This document shows, piece after piece, positions 13,985 to 26,384 of a stretch of DNA of 62,351 nt. A model generated the notes under the pieces. The model did no database searches. It saw only the letters and a list, made by a program, of their open reading frames with translations, and was not told where the DNA came from. The position numbers and the translations under genes were made by a program. Source of the DNA: Octopus bimaculoides (Eukaryota); the NCBI RefSeq assembly GCF_001194135.2, contig NC_068988.1:20947119-21009469 (forward strand), written 5' to 3'. Position 1 is the first letter of the stretch. Each line of letters opens with the position of its first letter.

Positions 13985-15386
13985 TGTGTATACACACACA
14001 CACACGCATACATTTATACAAACTTAATCCTTTAAAATCCACATCAGTCAGACAGAAATTGTTGAGGCAGATTTTCTGTCACCTCTCAACCTGTTTCCCA
14101 GTAAGGTAGACATGTCTTAAAAGATTGAAAGCAGAGACTGCTTTATATGATGGTGACACTCACAATTATTATTGCGCAATGCCAAAGCAAGCAGACAGTA
14201 ACACACACGCACGCATGCATTCACACACATGCACACACATATATATATACAAAGGGTTTCTTTCAGTTTCCATTTATTAGATTCCCAAACACTTTGGTTA
14301 GTGCAGGAATTATAGAAGATACACAACAACGGTGTAACACAGTGAGACTGAACCTGGAACCAAGAGGTTGGGGAAGCAAACTTCTTACCACACATCCTAG
14401 CCACACCTGCACACATGTATATATATCTATACAAATATATACATGTATTTATATAAATATATATATATGCATGTGTGTATGTATGCATATATATATATAT
14501 ATAAACATGTACACATATGCACGAATATACACATATACACACACATATATATTAGCATGTATGACATACATTCATATATAGACATAAACGTGTATATATA
14601 CACACATTATGTGTGTGTGTATATATATTATACATGTATATGTATATATATAATATATATATATAATATATATATATATACATATATGCACATACTCACG
14701 CAAAGATCTACAGAATTTCCGTCTACCAATGTCACTTACAAGGCACTGATTGGTCCAAGGCTGGCCAATATATATATATATATATATCGTCATTCAGTTT
14801 CATGGTTTCACATCCAGAGACAGTTCCAGTGTAGCTGGATGATTAACATATAAGTTAAATACCACAGGTGTGGTATTTAATATTATGAAAGCTTTATTTG
14901 GCAATTAGTATCCAGAACAAAAGATATAATGACTGCAAAGTGTGTAGGAATGTACGGTAACACTCTTAAATAATAACCCTATACTTAATAAAGTCATATC
15001 TCTATACCTTGTGTCTGTTCATTAATTCTACCCTTGTCTCTTCACTTATTCTACAGGCATTAGAAGGTAAAAACACACACATATGTTATATATATATATA
15101 TATATATAAATATGTACATGTGTATGTATGTCTGTATTGCAGTAACTGTACAGAAGCCAAAGTCATTTACCGGCCATTACAAAACTATATAACAGACACA
15201 CACTATCAATCTTATTATCTTGTGATTCAACACGGCTTGTGTGTGTGTGAATCATTGACCAGATATACAGTGCTAGGAACTCATTTCTCTACATACAATC
15301 TAGTTGTGTTCAGACAAGCCTTCAGTATGCTACTGCATTCGACTGCAACACCAGCACACACACAAACAAACACACACGTACATACA

Positions 15387-15418
<32 letters not shown>

Positions 15419-16107
15419 CAAACGGGGGACACATACACACCACTTATCTGCTAGCAATCAATCGTATCATAATCCAACAACAGAAAAGCAAATAAACATC
15501 AACAGTGGTAACAATAACAACAAAATTAATCATGAGAAATAATTTAAAGGAAGAAGTGAGAAACAACACACAGGCATTATGTTTCTTCTTGGAGAGAAAT
15601 CTGTTAATCTTAATGAATTGTCATATTCTTTCTTATCTCTACGGTTCCCACTTTCTTTTGTGTCTTTCAAAGAAAATGTCTCTGGCATTAAATATAAAGA
15701 TTCATCCCATATCTCCTTCTTCTCTCTCTCTCTCTCTCCTTTTTAATATCATTAAAAAGGATAGAATATGTCATAACATCTAAATCAATCAATGTTTAGG
15801 TAATAGATAAACAGATGAATGATCAACACATTTAGTCATCATTTGTAGCAGGTGAGAAAAAAAAAGGAAGTCAACTGAAGTGTACAGTGGAAAAGCTTTG
15901 GGCTGATTTACCCACAATTCTAAGGCATAAAATAACAACAAAATGAAGGGATTAGCAACACTTCGGGGGTTCTATGCCCCTTTTTTTTTCTTTTTTATTT
16001 AGTATCTAGAATGCTTTATGTAGTTGGAGAAGATCAACCAGCAAAGACATTGTCATGCAGTCGTACCACTAGCAGCAGCAGCAGCAGTAGTAACATCCAG
16101 CCAAAGA

Positions 16108-16545
16108 ATGAGCCTCTACATGGTAGTCTGACCTGACAGAAATAGCAGCCAAATCTCCCTTGGATTGCTCCTTACTGTTGTCATAAAAGAAATGGGAGTC
16201 GGGGGCGCAGCCTGAATAATGAAGTACGAGATAAGCAATGACTGTAAGAAGGATGGGACAGTCATACCTGAAACATTTTTTATCACGGGGTCTGGTTTGT
16301 GTCAGGCAGGGTCGACCTAGGCTGAACAATATTAGTAGTAAGAGCTAGTGATTGAGCCTCTACACAGTAACCCGATCTGCTAGAAATAGCAGCCAAATTC
16401 CTTCAAATTATATCCTACTCTCATAAAGAAACATAGCTACACTGAAAAAAATATACTCCTAGATATACACAAAAAAAATGGTTAGAGCAAAAGTGCCTTT
16501 GATCATTGTGTTGCTCAATCAGGATTGACCAGGGGCTTTAACAAT
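16108..16545 (+). repeat. Two tandem copies of an unclassified dispersed repeat (family F)
   Basis: TGAGCCTCTAC...AGAAATAGCAGCCAAAT...GACC(T/A)GG; other copies at ~7527, 25140, 25375, 42060, 43370. Confidence 0.6.
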
Positions 16546-16721
16546 TATGACAACATCAGCATTAGTAGCAGCAGTTAACTCAACCACAAACACTGCCACT
16601 AACTACCACATCTAGACAAGATACAAAACAGCAGCTACAGCATCATCTGGTTTTTCCCTTGACAATATTTGCAGCATTACTTGGTTTATGTCCAACAAGC
16701 CAGTCATCTCGGTTGGCTATA

Positions 16722-16752
<31 letters not shown>

Positions 16753-17289
16753 AACATACATATATACATACATGCATGCACACACACCGGTGCTAGTGCA
16801 GCTTACTCATTCTTAGTTGCCACTCTACCAGCATGGCCGGGTAATTTATTCAGACAGAGAATGGAAAACAGAGAAATCACCAACGCACCACCATTCAGCT
16901 GCTTAACATCCCCAAACACATCACATTGCAAAAAAAATAATTCAATGATATTTTTCAAAAGGCAGGCACACACACACACACACAATATGAGTTGTGTGTG
17001 TGTGTGTGTGTTTGTGTTTGTTCATAAAAACCAGACACTTTCAACTTGAAGAACACAAAACCTAAAGACATAGTAGATCATAAAATATATATTACGGCTG
17101 AATATGTTACTCCTTTCTGCCTCATATACCCAACACACACACACACACACAATACTGTAGGGGCTGAGATTTCTTTCGGTTCCTACTCTGATTATCCCTC
17201 CAATATGCAACAGAGGAAACTCAGCAATAATCTTTTTCCTTGTTTGTAAATTCAAACATACACATTTCTTTGTGCAGTTTTATGCATGT

Positions 17290-17376
17290 ACATGTACATA
17301 TAAATACATCTGTGTGTGTGTGTACATATATGTATGTATATATATATTTATATCTACATATATATATACATATACA

Positions 17377-17448
<72 letters not shown>

Positions 17449-18340
17449 TATGCATATGTATATATTTATGTATACATATGTATATATATATATATACATA
17501 TATATGTATACATATATATATGTATAAACATGCATATGTATACACATATACATGCATTTGTATATATATGCATATATATGTATATACACATATATATATA
17601 TATATATACATACATATATATATACATGTATACATATATATGTGAATACATATATATATATNNNNNNNNNNNNNNNNNNNNNNNNNNNNNNNNNNNNNNN
17701 NNNNNNNNNNNNNNNNNNNNNNNNNNNNNNNNNNNNNNNNNNNNNNNNNNNNNNNNNNNNNNNNNNNNNNNNNNNNNNNNNNNNNNNNNNNNNNNNNNNN
17801 NNNNNNNNNNNNNNNNNNNNNNNNNNNNNNNNNNNNNNNNNNNNNNNNNNNNNNNNNNNNNNNNNNNNNNNNNNNNNNNNNNNNNNNNNNNNNNNNNNNN
17901 NNNNNNNNNNNNNNNNNNNNNNNNNNNNNNNNNNNNNNNNNNNNNNNNNNNNNNNNNNNNNNNNNNNNNNNNNNNNNNNNNNNNNNNNNNNNNNNNNNNN
18001 NNNNNNNNNNNNNNNNNNNNNNNNNNNNNNNNNNNNNNNNNNNNNNNNNNNNNNNNNNNNNNNNNNNNNNNNNNNNNNNNNNNNNNNNNNNNNNNNNNNN
18101 NNNNNNNNNNNNNNNNNNNNNACGCACATTCATATATTATATATAAATATATACATATATGTATGCAAATATGTGTGTGTGTGTGTGTGGATACATGTAA
18201 TATATACAAATATCTATGTATACATATAATATATATATATAAACACACACACGCACATTCATATATTATATATAAATATATACATATATGTATATACATG
18301 TATGAACTATATACACACACACACACACACACAGATACAT
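17290..18340. repeat. (TA)n/(CA)n microsatellite block with assembly gap
   Basis: Direct reading; N-run at 17662-18121. Other N-runs at 2637-3420, 7249-7258, 26062-26320, 36232-36582, 38475-38531, 50090-50949 and ~60120-60665, most flanked by simple repeats or SINEs. Confidence 0.9.
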
Positions 18341-18924
18341 ATCTAGACAACAGGCTTCCTCACAGTTTCTATCTACCAAATTCACTCCGAAAATGTCAAC
18401 TCGAGGTTACAGATGCAGGCCCAAGGTGCCACACAGTGGAACTGAACCTGAAACCATGTGGCAGCAAACCAAGCTTCTTAACCACACAGCCATGTATATA
18501 CAAGCATACACATCTAGACAGAAAAGGTCAAAGAAGAGAACCAAAACACTTATCCACAGTTTTTCACTGAGAACAGCAAAGTTCAGGCTAGCATGCAAAT
18601 CCACTCCAGAAAGTAATCTTAATTTCTTGAAAGTGATTTCCTCTTCTTGAGAATAACTCACAATTGCAAAAATTTCAAAAGGAAATTCCAACAAATTATG
18701 AATTTCATTTTATATATGTACAGGCGAAATGCTTAATGGTATTTCGTCTGTTGTTACGTACTGAGTTCAAATTCCGCCGAGGTCGACTTTACCTTTCATC
18801 CTCTCAGGGTCGATAAATTAAGTACCAGTTACACACTGGGGTCGATATAATCGACTTAATCTCTTTGTCTGTCTTTGTTTGCCCCCTCTCTGTTTAGCCC
18901 CTTGTGGGCAAAAAAAAAATAAGA

Positions 18925-19282
18925 CACTTGCTTCTCGACCACATGGCTCCGGGTTCAGTCCCACTGCATGGCTCCTTGGGATAGTGTCTTCTACTACAGC
19001 CTCAGGCCAACCAAAGCTTTGTGAGTGGATTTGGTAGATGGAAACTGAAAGAAGCCCATTGTATATTTATAAGCGTGTGTGTGTGTCTGTGTGTATGTGT
19101 GCGTGTTTGTTCCCCCAACATCGCTTGACAACCGATGTTGGTGTGTTTATATCCCCATCACTTAGCAGTTCGGCATAAAAGACTGATAGAATAAGCACTA
19201 GGGTTACAAAGAATAAGTTCTGAGGTCGATTTGTTTGACTAAAGGCAGTGCTCCAGCATGGCCACAGTCAAATGACTGAAAA
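18925..19282 (+). mobile_element. Family A+B SINE
   Basis: Aligns to 12420-12780. Confidence 0.8.
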
Positions 19283-19309
19283 GAATAAATATCTATATAG
19301 ATTTATATA

Positions 19310-19696
19310 CAGGGTTGGCCAAAAGACACCCGAGAGTAGATCAAAATTCCATAAATACTATCTGTAATTCTGTACTGACTTGAATGATAAAATATGTCGA
19401 TCAAGGAGGACTTCAGTTTGAACAATTTTCATGATATTTCATATCTAGATCATCATCATCATCATTATCATCACTGTCATAGTTTAACGTCCGCTTTCCA
19501 TGCTAGCATGGGTTGGACGATTTGACTGAGGACTGGCAAACCAGATGGCTGCACCAGGCTCCAATCTGATCTGGCAGAGTTTCTACAGCTAGATGCCCTT
19601 CCTACTTTTATTAAATTCATTCAGTTGTTAAACTTAAATAAATCTTGGAATTTAAATGGCTTTGATTTCCTGTCAGGTGACTTTTGGCCAACCCTG
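19310..19696. mobile_element. Tc1/mariner-type MITE interrupted by a SINE fragment
   Basis: 21-bp TIRs CAGGGTTGGCCAAAAG(A/T)CACC with 1 mismatch; TA at the left flank; SINE fragment at 19451-19603 inside. Confidence 0.75.
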
Positions 19697-20389
19697 TGTG
19701 GCGTTAGGAAGGGCATCCAGCTGTAGAAACTCTGCCAAATTAGATTGGAGCCTGGTGTTGCCATCCGGTTTCACCAGTCCTCAGTCAAATCGTCCAACCC
19801 ATGCTAGCATGGAAGGCGGACGTTAAACGATGATGATGATGATGATGATGATATACACACACACACACACACACAAGTATATTCATAGATAGGTATATAT
19901 ATGTAAATATACAAACAAGTGCATGTGTGTGGGTATATATATATATATATACGGTGACACGTAAAAAGCACCCAGCACACTCTGCTAAGTGGTTGGCATT
20001 AGGAAGGGCATCCAGCTGTAGGAACCATGCCACAACAGACAGTTGGAGTTCAGTCAGTTCCCTGCTAGCCAGCTCCACGTCAAACCATCCAACCCATGCC
20101 AGCAGAGACTGGACATTAAACGATGATGATGATTATAAAGTGAAATCAATTGATACTGGGATATCTATACTCCTGTTTGTAGACTTATAAACCAGAAGAA
20201 CCGTTTTTCTAAATGTATTTGCAGCATTTTCCATGCGCGTTTACATATAGTGAGAGGTACATGGTTTTGAAGAGTTTTATTCTTCTTTCAAGCAAACAGG
20301 TACATATTGTACCCTGACTTTTAATACATATATACATATACAGACACACACCACACGGTCACACACACACACACATATATATATATACG

Positions 20390-20768
20390 TGGCATTTCGT
20401 CGGTTACAACGACAAGGGTTCCAGTTGATCCAATCAACAGAACAGCCTGCTCGTGAAATTAACGTGCAAGTGGCTGAGCACTCCACAGACATGTGTACCC
20501 TTAACATAGTTCTCGGGGAGATTCAGCATGACACAGAGTGTGACAAGGTTGGCTCTTTGAAATACTGGTACAACAGAAACAGGAACAAAAAGTGCGAGAA
20601 AGTTGTGGTGAAAGAGTACAGCAGGGTTCGCCACCAACCCCTGCCGGAGCCTCATGGAGCTTTAGGTGTTTTCACTCAATAAATACTCACAACACCCGGT
20701 CTGGGAATCGAAACTGATCCTACGACTACAAGTCTGCTGCCCTAACTACTGGGCCATTGCGCCTCCAC
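20390..20768 (-). mobile_element. Second family E SINE copy
   Basis: Reverse complement aligns end to end with 9954-10338. Confidence 0.85.
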
Positions 20769-21502
20769 ACATACACATATATATATAATGGACTCTCGTG
20801 ACATATGAGGGTTCGACAATTTCTTACCAAACAACCACACAGATGATTTGTTTATAGTGATCAAATGTTTGTGTAGACATAAGCTCACCCCCTCCATCAA
20901 GTCGACATTACCTGTACAGGTGCAACTGGGTACCACATGTCAGATGTTGAAATGAAGTTCTTTGCTCAAGAACACAGTGCCCGGTCTGGGAATCAAACCC
21001 ATGATCTCGCAATTGTGAGTGCAACACCCTTACCACTAAGCCATGTGCCTTCACTATATATGTATGTGTGTGTATGTGTATATAGGCACAGGCATACTTT
21101 TGTGGCTACAGAGAACTTCATAGTTCTTTAGGCCTTTTAAATTCTACCCTACAGCGTGAAACCCTGAGCTCTGTGAGTGGAATTGGTAGACAAAAACTGG
21201 AAAGAAGCAGGTTATGTACATGTGTGTGTCCATGTGTGCATGTAAATGTTAACAGCCCGTGCTTTCATTCGTTACTGTCTGAGTGTACAGCAGTAATGTG
21301 ATGTTTAGTCTCATGGCATTACAAGTGATTGTTCTTAATTTTCAAGACCAGCAGAATAAAGAAATCCTATATCTGGCAAACAAATAAATGTTGGCAACAG
21401 GTAGAGCATCCAGCCATAAAATGATGCTTTAAAATATGACTCCATTTGACCCATGCTAGCATGGGAAAAATGGACATAAAGCAAAAAATGAATGTGTATG
21501 TA

Positions 21503-21548
<46 letters not shown>

Positions 21549-21786
21549 CATATACATACACAAATACATGCATACTAGATTACATGTGCTGTGATTGTAT
21601 TGTTCCTGTTCAACAGAAATGTGCAGCCAGCCTATTGTGTCAGTCTCCAAACAGGTTTCATGCTAATCTACTCATGTTAAATTATTATAAGGATGTTGTA
21701 ACCAGGTCTATTGTTGACAAATGCGAGCAACATGAACCCCATGGTTATGGCTCTGGGTTTCATAGATATGCTAACACATTGCTTCA

Positions 21787-22006
21787 CCCTTTAGCATCCA
21801 TATTATTCTGTCAAAAGCAATGCTTATTTATTCACATTGTTTTGAATTAATCATGCATCATCTTGTTGCATTAAAATTTTGATGAGGTAGCTGTTAATTT
21901 TTAGAATGATAGTGTAGGATTGGTATGAGAGGCCAAATCTGGCCAGTTTGAACATAAAGTAGACAGAAGATTTTGTACGGATATGGCTGGTTTAAATGCA
22001 AAAAGG
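21787..22006. mobile_element. piggyBac-like MITE
   Basis: TIRs CCCTTTAGCAT / ATGCAAAAAGG (9/11 complementary), flanked on both sides by TTCA (TTAA-like 4-bp TSD). Confidence 0.5.
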
Positions 22007-22063
22007 TTCATTTTTGTTACAACCATAGTAATTATTTACAGATACATATAATATATATGTGTA

Positions 22064-22094
<31 letters not shown>

Positions 22095-23220
22095 GTATAT
22101 ACACACACACACATATATATAATAGAGGCAGACAGCCAGACAGGGGCCTAAATAATAGGGGAGGAACATATACAGGTAAGGTATCTTGAATACTAAAATT
22201 AATATACAGATGAATCTGAAAGCCTCAACAGTAATGATTAATATAACACTCTCATTCTTTCCACACTATATGCTACAACAAATGAAAACAGGGGATAGTA
22301 ATCTTATTTTAAAATGATGCAATCAAATTAATAAAAAGGGGCAAATGTGATGGTGCAACATTCATGCATTTTCACTATCCAATATGCTAACCTATGAGAA
22401 ATAGCAGGCTTGAAGGGGAACAATGTTTAGTGTGCCTTCAATGAGGAGGATTATGGTGTTTAAAATGTAAGCAGTAGTTGAGTATATTAAAGATGGCAGC
22501 ATTCACCATTCCAAGTGTAGAAGGAAATAGGTGTAGTTTTACTGCTATAGTTGTTGTTAGTTCTGATTGTTGTAGTTGTTGAGCCTCTTGTCTGGGAGAC
22601 AATGCCAATGGAAATTGTTGCAAGAAACAGAATATGAAAAACAGTTTACAGACAGGTGGATAGACAGATACACAGACAGATAGACAGAGGGAGAGAGAGA
22701 GAGAGAGCTCGACAGACCAGACAGACAAATAGATAAACAGACAGATAGACAGATACATAGAGTACACAGATAAATGCTGTTCTTTGTTCATAATAATAAG
22801 GCTCAAACATATTGATTAGTGTACTCAATACTTCAAGAAGTACAATATGTTGTATTCTTTATTTTATGACTAGTTTTCACAGTTAATTATGTTTCCGTTC
22901 TAACTGGGCCTGTTCACAACTAGCTAGCCCTGTGAATAACAACTGCAAATTCTACTCATCAGGTTTTACTGTGCACACAGACAGACACACACACACACAG
23001 AAGTATATATGGCTAAGAACATAATATGTTTAGCCCAAAGTAAGCCCTGATAAAACAGGAATATGATCTTAAACCATTCTAATGATAACCATCCCATCAT
23101 TTTACTTATCAAGGACCACACTATGCCCTGGTTTTAAGGGAGTGAAGTGTGATTTAAGGGAATTTGGCTCCTCTATTTAACAAATCAAGCAGCCATGTCA
23201 AGAAACTTTAGCAAGCTAAC

Positions 23221-23276
<56 letters not shown>

Positions 23277-23556
23277 CATCAACATTTAACGTACATTTTT
23301 CTACGCTGGCATGGGTTGGACAGCTAGACAGGAACTGTCAAAGCCATGGGTCCATAATTTGTTGTAATATGTATATGTGTGTATATATACTGTTGTGTCT
23401 GGGGAGAGTCATTTTCTTATTGTGCCTTAAAATTTAACACATGCACCATTAAAATTTCCACTTATTTCTTATTTTTATTTTCCTAAAATTTTTGTTGTGT
23501 CTTGCATCCTTTTCGATAGTCTTGACTCTGTCCATTATATATTATATATATGTGTA

Positions 23557-23619
<63 letters not shown>

Positions 23620-24489
23620 ATAGATAGATATACATGTATATACATAAACATTCACACCCACCCATACAGACACTAATACACACACACATATATTTGTATG
23701 TGGGTATAGGTGTATACACAGGCTTGCCTGTTTGATGTGGGAGTGTATATGATGAACATTGTAATGCTTTGTCATGCAATAAGGAGTTGAGAGCCCAGCG
23801 GAATATGGATCCTAAATAGATCCCTGTGTGAAAAAAAACGTCCCATATCTTCATAAACACTCTGAGTAAATTCTAAGAAAAGTACAAAAGTTAGCAACCA
23901 CAATGTTCACAAGCAAATTTTCTTGGTAACAGAACCAAGGTTTACATGGCGAGCGTGGAACAGAAGGAAGAAGGGAGATCAGATATGGAATTTGGAGGGT
24001 CATAGAAGAATAAGGGTTGTGGAAGGTCTTTAGCTCCAGGTGAGACACAATCAAGCAGCCCTATTTTCAGAGGCATTCCAGAAGTGGCAATCCCACCTTT
24101 TTTTTTCGTGCACTAGAACTACAATGTCCGAATGTATCCTTCTTATTTTAAGACAGTAGGGTATTTAATGTGAAAGACATTTTGACTGCTATTTCTAAGA
24201 GTTCGGGCAACCACGTCAGGAATCGAAAGGTCAGCAGATAGGAAGTTTTAGAACAGAAAGAGGAAGGATCAACAAGGATTTACCATTAGGTGCTGGAAAG
24301 AGGAGGGGGGTGTAATTATGAGGTAATGGTGCCAGTGTTAAAGTAGGTGAGGGGGGGCATCGGAATGTGTGTTTTGTGGGAAGAGGGGGGGAGGTTGCCT
24401 ACAGAAAATCTTAATTGAACAATAATTTTTTTCCACAAGTCAATAAATTACTAATGCAAAAAGTAAGTGGGAGGAGAGGCAAAGTCAAA

Positions 24490-24706
24490 GTAGCAGCAGC
24501 AGCAGTAGTAGTAGTAGTAGTAGTAAGAGTGGTAGTAGTGGTGGTGGTGGTGGTAGATTCGACTGTCGGATGGTAAAAACCGTCAAACGATCAGAAACAG
24601 GTATATTCGACGTATTTGTTCTCGGTGCAGAAATCCGGACTGGACGGTATGGAAAGAAAATGCATACACATACAACTCGATGCTAATGAGAAGGGCTGAG
24701 AATATG

Positions 24707-24763
<57 letters not shown>

Positions 24764-24778
24764 ATGGTGGTGGTAGCG

Positions 24779-24819
<41 letters not shown>

Positions 24820-24900
24820 GGTGGTGGTAGTAGTGGTAGTAGTAGTAGTAGTAGTGGTGGTGGTGGTGGTGGTGGAATTAGTAGTAGTCGTAGTAGCAGC
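24490..24900. repeat. Compound (GTA)n/(GTG)n microsatellites
   Basis: Direct reading of the sequence. Confidence 0.9.
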
Positions 24901-25100
24901 TTCGGCGGCGACGAAAGGTAAATGAGAAAACAAAAGGAAAGAGAGAGAGAGAGAGAAAAAGGATAAATGTTGCTGCTGCTACCGCGGCCGCTGCTGCTAC
25001 AACTGGAAAGAGACAGGAAGACAAGGCAGATTGGAGATTGGATGTCGATCACTCCACACTTCCGCTTCGGGACCGGGAGTGGGGACACTAAGCAGGCGCA
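24674..25100 (-). promoter_or_regulatory. Putative internal alternative promoter and 5' UTR exon
   Basis: CpG-rich segment within otherwise CpG-poor intron. ETS motif CGGAAGTG (25057-25064, minus), then UTR-like simple repeats and a candidate donor GTT|GTATGT at 24674. Confidence 0.4.
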
Positions 25101-25821
25101 CACTCAAGCATAAATACGTGCAAAATAGAAGAGCCGCGAGTGAGCCTCTACGTGGTCACTCAGACTGCTAGAAATAGCAGCCAATTCACACCCTACCGTC
25201 TTAGAAAAAGACATTGAATAAAAGATTGTCTGGGCATGCAAAACCTGAGAAATAGACGGGATGGTCACAGCAGGAAGGCTCACTTGGAGTTGAACGACAA
25301 CGTGCAAATAAACATACGTGTGTTAACATAAAACTCTACAGTGCGGCACGATCGCAAAAGGAAATCTATGTAGCCATTCGACAAGCAGGAAATAGGAGCC
25401 AAATTTCCTTCAAATCATATATGTATCAACTTAAATAAAGGATGCATAAGTAAGAGAAGTTTGCTTTGGGGAAGGAAGCCTGTCGGACGGACCGGATTCA
25501 ATTTACTCCTTGTGGGATAGATTGGATTGCGAAAGGAGGCTTTAGCAAAACAAACTTTGTAATGTGTCATGTAAGCTTTGTGAAACGTTTCAACCAGGCC
25601 ACCTGAAGGCAAATATGACCTGTCAGTCTTATTTATTTATTCCACTGGACAAATGTGATCCCTGGTAAATACGAAAAGATAGGATAGTCAAAGTGCTGAA
25701 ACACCTTTGATCATAGGTGTTTGATGAGAAGTGACCTCTGGCTAAACATTATCATCAACTCACTATAGAATTAGAATGATTTCACGTCTTGATCATAGTG
25801 AACGACCGTTTGCTTCAATTA

Positions 25822-25857
<36 letters not shown>

Positions 25858-26029
25858 CTAATGATTTACAATGACCATTCAACAAAACAGCTTCTCTACT
25901 GCACAACACTGCAGTCAGTATGTGTATGTGTGCACTGCTACACATCATAACTCCTCATTCTCTCCTACACAAGTAGTTTTGAGTAATTTTACCAAAAGAC
26001 TACATCTGTCTACCTATCTATCTATCTAT

Positions 26030-26061
<32 letters not shown>

Positions 26062-26321
26062 NNNNNNNNNNNNNNNNNNNNNNNNNNNNNNNNNNNNNNN
26101 NNNNNNNNNNNNNNNNNNNNNNNNNNNNNNNNNNNNNNNNNNNNNNNNNNNNNNNNNNNNNNNNNNNNNNNNNNNNNNNNNNNNNNNNNNNNNNNNNNNN
26201 NNNNNNNNNNNNNNNNNNNNNNNNNNNNNNNNNNNNNNNNNNNNNNNNNNNNNNNNNNNNNNNNNNNNNNNNNNNNNNNNNNNNNNNNNNNNNNNNNNNN
26301 NNNNNNNNNNNNNNNNNNNNN

Positions 26322-26384
<63 letters not shown>

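Noticed and set aside
14856-14881. Short palindromes here (TTAAATACCAC/GTGGTATTTAA) and at ~56577-56627
   Set aside because: 11-12 bp arms are not far from chance expectation in 62 kb of AT-rich DNA; no supporting context.
15643-15681. 39-nt frame-preserving cassette candidate (ETFSLKDTKESGN)
   Set aside because: Donor GTAGAG is weak; not reported as a feature.
17221-18570. Long YIYI/gap-spanning ORFs here and at 2.5-3.5, 26, 36, 50 and 60 kb
   Set aside because: Length comes from N-runs and dinucleotide repeats.
20828-20900. Phase-1 GTAAGA donor with upstream ATG (MEGVSL...WLF)
   Set aside because: Appears to lie in the 3' part of a family G SINE.
24583-25103. Poly-T, poly-V and poly-P/L ORFs
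   Set aside because: Translations of the (GTA)/(GTG) microsatellite.
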